Both the position numbers and the translations under genes were made by a program. Under the pieces are notes generated by a model, which had not been told where the DNA came from, did no database searches, and worked only from the letters and a program-made list of their open reading frames with translations. Below are positions 58,729-64,000 of a stretch of 64,000 nucleotides of DNA, piece by piece; positions within the stretch are counted from its first letter, which is position 1, and every line of letters starts with the position of its first letter. Source of the stretch: Neophaeotheca triangularis (taxonomy: Eukaryota); NCBI GenBank assembly GCA_054600435.1, contig BAAIJX010000026.1:186001-250000 (forward strand). Direction: 5' to 3'.

Positions 58729-61700
58729 TCAACCCCACTGTCCGCCTTCGCCACCCGCACCCATCCCAGTCATCCCCCCAACACTACCTGTTCCCCCCAA
58801 CAACGCATCGCCCCCAAACCCGAAAGACCCAGCCCCATCGCCCAAAAACCAGTCATCTAACCCCTGAGGCAAGCCCATCCCTCCTAGAGCTAGATCCATA
58901 GCTTGCTCGAAGTCGGTGCCCCAAGCAGAAGCGTCTGCGTTGACAGTGGAGGACTGCTGTGGGGCGGTGAGAGCGGGGTCGAAAGACGGATCAACTGGGT
59001 TTGAGGTCTGGGCTGGGTTTTGGAGGCAATTTGACGGGTGTGTAGGTGGTGGGTAGGGGCCGCTGGCGGTGGGAGGGTTGAAAGCCCATTCCTGAGGTTG
59101 TTGCGCTTGGGCTGTAGATTGGTTGTGGTTTTGATCGAGGTTTCCGGGTTGAGGCTGTTGCTGGTCTTGCTGTTGTTGTTGCCCGCTTGTAGCTGCGAGA
59201 TGACTTAGCACTTGTAAGCCGGTCTGTCTCTGATTTTCCTGTGTTGCTCGGTCGGCCTCATCGGTGGTAGCGGTGTTCGACGTTTCCTTGCCAGTGATGC
59301 CATTCTTATGCTTGCTGAACCACTCCATCAACACGCCCCAAATGCGGACCATCTTCGGGTGCGGGGTGCCTCTTGCCAGTGCGCCTTTGAGGAACTCATA
59401 GGAAGCCTTGAGGTAGTGTTCGACTTTCAAAGCGTCTGTTTTCAAAAATTCTATCTTGCCCAGCTCGCTTCCGGGCGTCAGGACGGCGACGTGCATTTTG
59501 ATGAGGACCACGACGGCGTAGATGCAGCGGACAAAGTACAGCAGTACTGGCATGCCCCTGATACTCGATGGGTCGAAGCCGAGGAAAGTGTCGAGGATGG
59601 CGTGGGCGGAACGTACACATGATTCCAGACTGCTAACCTGGCGGGACGTCAGTGCTTCGCCGGTAGAGTTGACGCCTTTAAGTGACTCTTCTGTGAACGG
59701 CAGGCGAAAATCTTCAACGTTGTGGTTGAAATGCAGCGCAATTTCGTGCAGGTAGAGATCGGTAACGTGCTCGAAGAAGACTAGACTCGGCTTTCGAAGT
59801 TCTTGAGGTATGGCAGACTTCCAGGCTTGAAGTTTTTGTTCCAGCACCGAGAGCTGGTAGGTGACTTTGGGGTCTGTGATGGAAATGTTGGCGGTGTTGT
59901 CGTCCATGAGGAATTGCACAGCAATGTCTTCGCAGATATGCTGGATCTTGATGTGTTCGACGAGCAACTTGTCGGATTCTGCAGCTTCAGGAGAAGTGCC
60001 AAGCACCTCGATACATTCTTGCATGTAATTTGTCCACCTGATCATGTTCGGGCGGCGGAGCACCATAGCAACAGACGCGCAAAGGTAGTAGCTCACAATC
60101 CATGCACGTCGCGCGTCGATAGCGTCGGAGTCTAGTGGTGCCATAGTAGAAATAGTAGAAGTGCCCGGGACATTGCTCTGTCCATTGAAGCCCTTGCGGG
60201 CCAGGGCGGAGTTGAAGCGCTTCCCCAAACCAATGTCATAGCCCATGACGGCTGCCATGTGAATGATCTGGTAAAAGTTGGATTGCTCGGCTGTGTGCGG
60301 GGGACGATGCCAAAGCGAAAGCACTTGCAAAGCCTGGATGAGTTCAAGCGACTTGGCACCGTGACGGACAACACAGTCAGCAATGGCGCCTACGGACTCT
60401 GATGACAGAGCATTGACGACTTCGTCATCTACCATGCCAGAAGACGCGGTGCCCATGATGCTGACATAGAGAATCGGCTTTTCTTGAAACAGTTGTGCAG
60501 CTGTATACTCTGGTGGGAAGATCACAGCCGGCATAGTGCTGCAGAGCTCGTTCTTGTACTGGTCAAAGACTTGCTCGGCGCGATCGGGTGGCATCAAGCC
60601 GTTGATGCGATGAACAAACTCTTCCGGTGTGGTATTGTTAAGATATCGCTTGAGGTCGACGTTCGAGTGAAGAGTCCCGTGAAGATCATTGAAGTTCTGC
60701 TGGAACGTTTGTCGTGCATGCCTGTCGAACTGCTCGCCCTCGGCCTTTACGGCCTGTTCTCTTGATGCGTTGTTATCGTCAAGACGCCTTCTCTTTTGTC
60801 CAGCTATTTGGCCAGAGTCCGCGCCAGCTCTGGCATCGCTTATACGCGCCTCTGAAATCGAAGCACCTTGTGGCATGCCCCCTGTTTGCGGCGGATACAT
60901 GTAGGCTTCATGTTGGGGATCACCACCCTGCATCATCGCGGGAGGTGCAGGTCCGGCAACACCCATCTGACCCGGATATAGCTGTCCCACATTTGCATTT
61001 TGCTGATGCAAAACTGCCGTAAGAGCATCCAGCTTCTTCTCCAACTCCGCGACCCGACTGTCTGCTTTTTTCTGCCGCTTCCTGCTAGGCTGCGTGATGA
61101 TGCATTGTCTGCCGGCTTTCGCGCATCTCTTGCACGGTATGTCAGGCCGAGCAGGGTCCTGGTCGCAGCGAACCTTCAATCCTCGACAAGCCTCGCAAGC
61201 ACGGGCACGCTTCTCGTTGTCAGGATGGTCTGGGTGTTGGACTTCGTTCGCAGAGTTGTCGCCGCCATCATCGTGCGTGCCTTGGAGAGAGTAGCGAGCG
61301 GTGTCCTCTGGCGTGGGGTGACCAAAGGTGCTCTGCCCGGCTGAACTGACAGGTCCAGGCTGCTGTTGCGGCGTGTTACTTTGACTTGGAGGCGCTTGAG
61401 GCGGGTAAGGGTATTGGTAGTAAGGCTGCGGCGGGGTGGGTTGCGAATGACGCTGGAGTTCCGCTCTCAAGGTGTTTTCGGTGTACGCCTGCGACCCGTG
61501 AGGGGGGGGCTGGCCGTGAGCCGTTTGCGGTCCAGCTTGCGCAAAGTCGCTGTATTGGGGCTGGCCTTGTTGTTGTTGTTGCTGTTGTGGCTGCTGCTGC
61601 TGGTGTCGCTGCTGTGGTGGGTGAGCATGCGGCGGCAGACCTTGTCCATCATGAGGCTGTCGCGGTGGTGGAGGAGGCGGCGGTTGGCTTGCTGCTCCAA

Positions 61701-61731
61701 GCCGCGGGTCAAGAACGTCTTGGTTACTCAT
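58729..61731 (-). CDS. Zn(II)2Cys6 fungal transcription factor
   Basis: ACEACRGLKVRC...PCKRCAKAGRQC binuclear cluster, middle homology region, Q/P-rich termini; 1000 aa. Confidence 0.95.
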   Translation of the reverse strand: MSNQDVLDPRLGAASQPPPPPPPRQPHDGQGLPPHAHPPQQRHQQQQPQQQQQQQGQPQYSDFAQAGPQTAHGQPPPHGSQAYTENTLRAELQRHSQPTPPQPYYQYPYPPQAPPSQSNTPQQQPGPVSSAGQSTFGHPTPEDTARYSLQGTHDDGGDNSANEVQHPDHPDNEKRARACEACRGLKVRCDQDPARPDIPCKRCAKAGRQCIITQPSRKRQKKADSRVAELEKKLDALTAVLHQQNANVGQLYPGQMGVAGPAPPAMMQGGDPQHEAYMYPPQTGGMPQGASISEARISDARAGADSGQIAGQKRRRLDDNNASREQAVKAEGEQFDRHARQTFQQNFNDLHGTLHSNVDLKRYLNNTTPEEFVHRINGLMPPDRAEQVFDQYKNELCSTMPAVIFPPEYTAAQLFQEKPILYVSIMGTASSGMVDDEVVNALSSESVGAIADCVVRHGAKSLELIQALQVLSLWHRPPHTAEQSNFYQIIHMAAVMGYDIGLGKRFNSALARKGFNGQSNVPGTSTISTMAPLDSDAIDARRAWIVSYYLCASVAMVLRRPNMIRWTNYMQECIEVLGTSPEAAESDKLLVEHIKIQHICEDIAVQFLMDDNTANISITDPKVTYQLSVLEQKLQAWKSAIPQELRKPSLVFFEHVTDLYLHEIALHFNHNVEDFRLPFTEESLKGVNSTGEALTSRQVSSLESCVRSAHAILDTFLGFDPSSIRGMPVLLYFVRCIYAVVVLIKMHVAVLTPGSELGKIEFLKTDALKVEHYLKASYEFLKGALARGTPHPKMVRIWGVLMEWFSKHKNGITGKETSNTATTDEADRATQENQRQTGLQVLSHLAATSGQQQQQDQQQPQPGNLDQNHNQSTAQAQQPQEWAFNPPTASGPYPPPTHPSNCLQNPAQTSNPVDPSFDPALTAPQQSSTVNADASAWGTDFEQAMDLALGGMGLPQGLDDWFLGDGAGSFGFGGDALLGGTGSVGGMTGMGAGGEGGQWG

Positions 61732-62574
61732 CGTCGTCGGTGCTCGCTGGCGACGGGATGGAACGAGCTGAGGTCGGACGTCGTTGTCTTGTCGGTGCGA
61801 TCAAGCACCGTTGAACCGCGCAGGCTTCCGATGATCCGCCAATAAGTCAACCTGCACAGCGTGCACAACAAGAACAAAACTTGGCACTCGTAGGCAGCAC
61901 CCGACGGATGCTCTAACAAAAAACTTTTATGTCGACGATGATACAGTATGGTAGATTGGCGACAATGTTGATGACCCAAAGGTGGATAAGCAGCAAAGAA
62001 GCAAAAGCGCGGTCGCAGCTCGGGTACTCAATATTGGCTGAACATGTGATATTCGAGTCACGTGGTCGATTGGCAAAGGTTAGACATGCATCTTGATCTA
62101 GCCATTGCCCAGCAGCGACAACGTCAAATGACACAAAATCAACGAGGCAAAATTCAATGGTTTCCAACAGGGAGTAAAAGGTCTATGGGCTGTGGAATTA
62201 TAAAACCGAGGCATGCAAGCATCCTGGGCACTCTCGGCCATCGACGCCTCTGCGAATAATGTCACAAGGATGCAAGGCTGCTTGCTACGCCACTCCGGCC
62301 GCCTGGAGCCAAGCAGTGTCTAGAGTCGGCGGAGACATCCGTGCTGAAAGTGCATCTCATGGAGGTGCCGTTGCGTGCGTAGTACGCAGAAGCTTCCTAG
62401 GCTTCGAGCATAAGCCACTTCTGCATCGTCGGCAGGTGACATGTCGGCAGCATGGAAGGCATCAATACTCCTTCTTGAGCAAAAGAAACAGCTGTCCGGC
62501 AGCCCTTATACGGCGCCGCAAAGAGTCGTGTCGCAAGCGGAGATTATCCGACCTCAAGCTCTAGAGACCGTCGC

Positions 62575-62868
62575 TCAGCCGGCACTGACAGGCGGGAGAA
62601 TAGCAACCTCATCCCCTTCCTTGATCACCAAGCCATCATCCCCCTTCTCAGCCTCCTCTTGCACGTCTACATAGTCAAGATTGACCGTCACGGCGCAACT
62701 TCTCAGCACCTTCTGCTTGATACCCGGATAGTTCGCCTCAAGCTCATCGAACAACTTGCCGACGGTCAAGCCCGTAGTGAAGAAGTCGTGGCCTTTCCCA
62801 GTAAAGGATGAGGCCGAAGCGAAGTATAACACCGTGAAATGGGAAGTTGGTGCCCGCACCGACGCCAT
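62575..62868 (-). CDS. MOCS2A: Molybdopterin synthase sulfur-carrier subunit (MoaD/MOCS2A/CnxG)
   Basis: FTVLYFASA, CAVTVNLDYVD, IKEGDEVAILPPVSAG C-terminus. Confidence 0.92.
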   Translation of the reverse strand: MASVRAPTSHFTVLYFASASSFTGKGHDFFTTGLTVGKLFDELEANYPGIKQKVLRSCAVTVNLDYVDVQEEAEKGDDGLVIKEGDEVAILPPVSAG

Positions 62869-63453
62869 GGTTGCGCGTTGGACGTGATACTATTAGCGTT
62901 CCCTGTTCTCGAGGCTGGTTAGCGAGCAGCTTTTGCAGTGTCGTGTGATTGTTGAAAGGTGGAGGTGTGAATAGTATCAGAAATACTCAAATGGTCTACA
63001 CTGAGCACCTTGGTGCTTCGGGTAATACATGCTATTTGTTCATCATGCGAGTGAAGGGAAGGGAGGGGAGTGGAAGTGTATTCGACTTACCCAGTGCTGA
63101 GCTTCCACAGCGTTCTCGAGCCTTACAAGGTCGTAACTGGCACAATGAAGGCTCTGGTCCGTGGCGTGTTTACGAGGACATGTGTGTAGGAAGTGGGAGT
63201 CGGCTCGAAAGGGAGTTCAAATTTCCTCAAGCTGATCCTGAGCACTTGGACCATCCACGTCTGAGCCTGCGCTATACCGCTTTGGGACCGTTGCGTTGCA
63301 CTTCACGCGACTTCACGTCGAATGTTTGCTATCCAGCTCAGCGAAAGTGTTCAAGGCATCCTTGACGGTACCCTCGGAATCAACTGGATCTTCTTCCTCG
63401 CCTCTCTCCAAACAACCTGTCTTGGAGATCCGGCAAATCGAACGCCACCCATC

Positions 63454-63984
63454 ATGGCCTCAACCAAACCCAGCCCTCGAACGTGGACTCTCCTCTTCAA
63501 AATCGGAAAGACCACCATTCTCCTGCACATCGACCCGCTGCAAAAGCTAAGCAGCATCAAAACCGACCTCCTCGCCACTGTAAACCAGACGCATCCCTCC
63601 GGTACCCTCAACTCTCTCCCTATCCCCTCAGACCCCGAAACAATCCGCTTCGCGCGAGCCATAGACGAAAACGACCTCTCCCTAGGCTTTGAACCGCTAG
63701 ACGCGCCCTTCGAGCCAGATGATCTCGATGCAGAGGCTGTTGACGGTCAGAGTAAAGGCAAGGGCAAGGGCCGGGGGAAAGCGAAGAATGGGCTTGCGGA
63801 CTGCCCACAGGGTGTTGGGTTGAAGGATGGTAGTATTGTGGCTTTTAAATTTGGGAATGGAGCATCGGCTGACGATGAAGATGAGGCTGTTGTTGTTGAA
63901 GGCGCGGAGGAGAAGTGGGATGTGGATCTGCCGACCATGGAGGCGGCGTACGGTGAGGGTGAGGAGGAGGACATGCCGGGTTGA
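63454..63984 (+). CDS. Conserved-looking fungal hypothetical protein, possible ubiquitin-like fold
   Basis: ATG at 63454 in good context; WTLLFKIGKTTILLHIDPLQKLSSIKTDLL...CPQGVGLKDGSIVAFKF; acidic tail; divergent from MOCS2A. Confidence 0.75.
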   Translation: MASTKPSPRTWTLLFKIGKTTILLHIDPLQKLSSIKTDLLATVNQTHPSGTLNSLPIPSDPETIRFARAIDENDLSLGFEPLDAPFEPDDLDAEAVDGQSKGKGKGRGKAKNGLADCPQGVGLKDGSIVAFKFGNGASADDEDEAVVVEGAEEKWDVDLPTMEAAYGEGEEEDMPG

Positions 63985-64000
63985 GGGCAGGACTTCTTGT

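Noticed and set aside
46176..61731. Metabolic gene cluster (RidA, ILV3-like, ALDH, Zn2Cys6) or self-resistance cluster
   Set aside because: Interrupted by unrelated Myb and ERD2-like genes, and no terpene cyclase, PKS or NRPS is present; linkage is probably incidental.
62575..62598. MOCS2A ending in AG rather than GG, and a possible bicistronic MOCS2B
   Set aside because: Non-GG termini ending in a single Gly are, as I recall, usual in filamentous fungal CnxG proteins; no MoaE-like ORF follows.
1..64000. tRNA genes and TPP riboswitch
   Set aside because: GTTCGA-like hits lacked cloverleaf context and I saw no TPP aptamer core; a by-eye search could miss divergent copies.

Overview
Gene-dense, intron-containing filamentous ascomycete DNA. 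It is probably a dothideomycete, but that is inferred from gene content and intron style only. About 24 protein-coding genes are supported. Most are housekeeping: GH76 mannosidase (partial), FLC/TRP-like membrane protein, ADE4, RID/Masc1-type C5 DNA methyltransferase, PHO85, NmrA-family reductase, RAD1/XPF, CBP4, CHS4/SKT5, Kre9-like GPI protein, GH5 exoglucanase, aldo-keto reductase, DOM34, RidA, Myb-like protein, ILV3-family dehydratase, ERD2-like receptor, aldehyde dehydrogenase, Zn2Cys6 factor, MOCS2A and a conserved hypothetical protein. Two RNA genes absent from the ORF track were read directly from the sequence: a dispersed 5S rRNA gene (27588-27706) and a double-guide box C/D snoRNA in a 5'-UTR intron of ADE4. 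The most unusual part is a non-housekeeping three-gene block at 28288-37119. It encodes a J-domain/HET-domain fusion, a CorA-like two-helix membrane protein and a divergently transcribed PfkB-like/P-loop/RyR-domain protein. Each has an altered signature motif, and together they may form an undescribed fungal nucleotide-signalling or cell-death system (hypothesis only). Several decayed gene relics, one with RIP-compatible stop codons, are also present. All exon boundaries were derived by eye and no database search was run.
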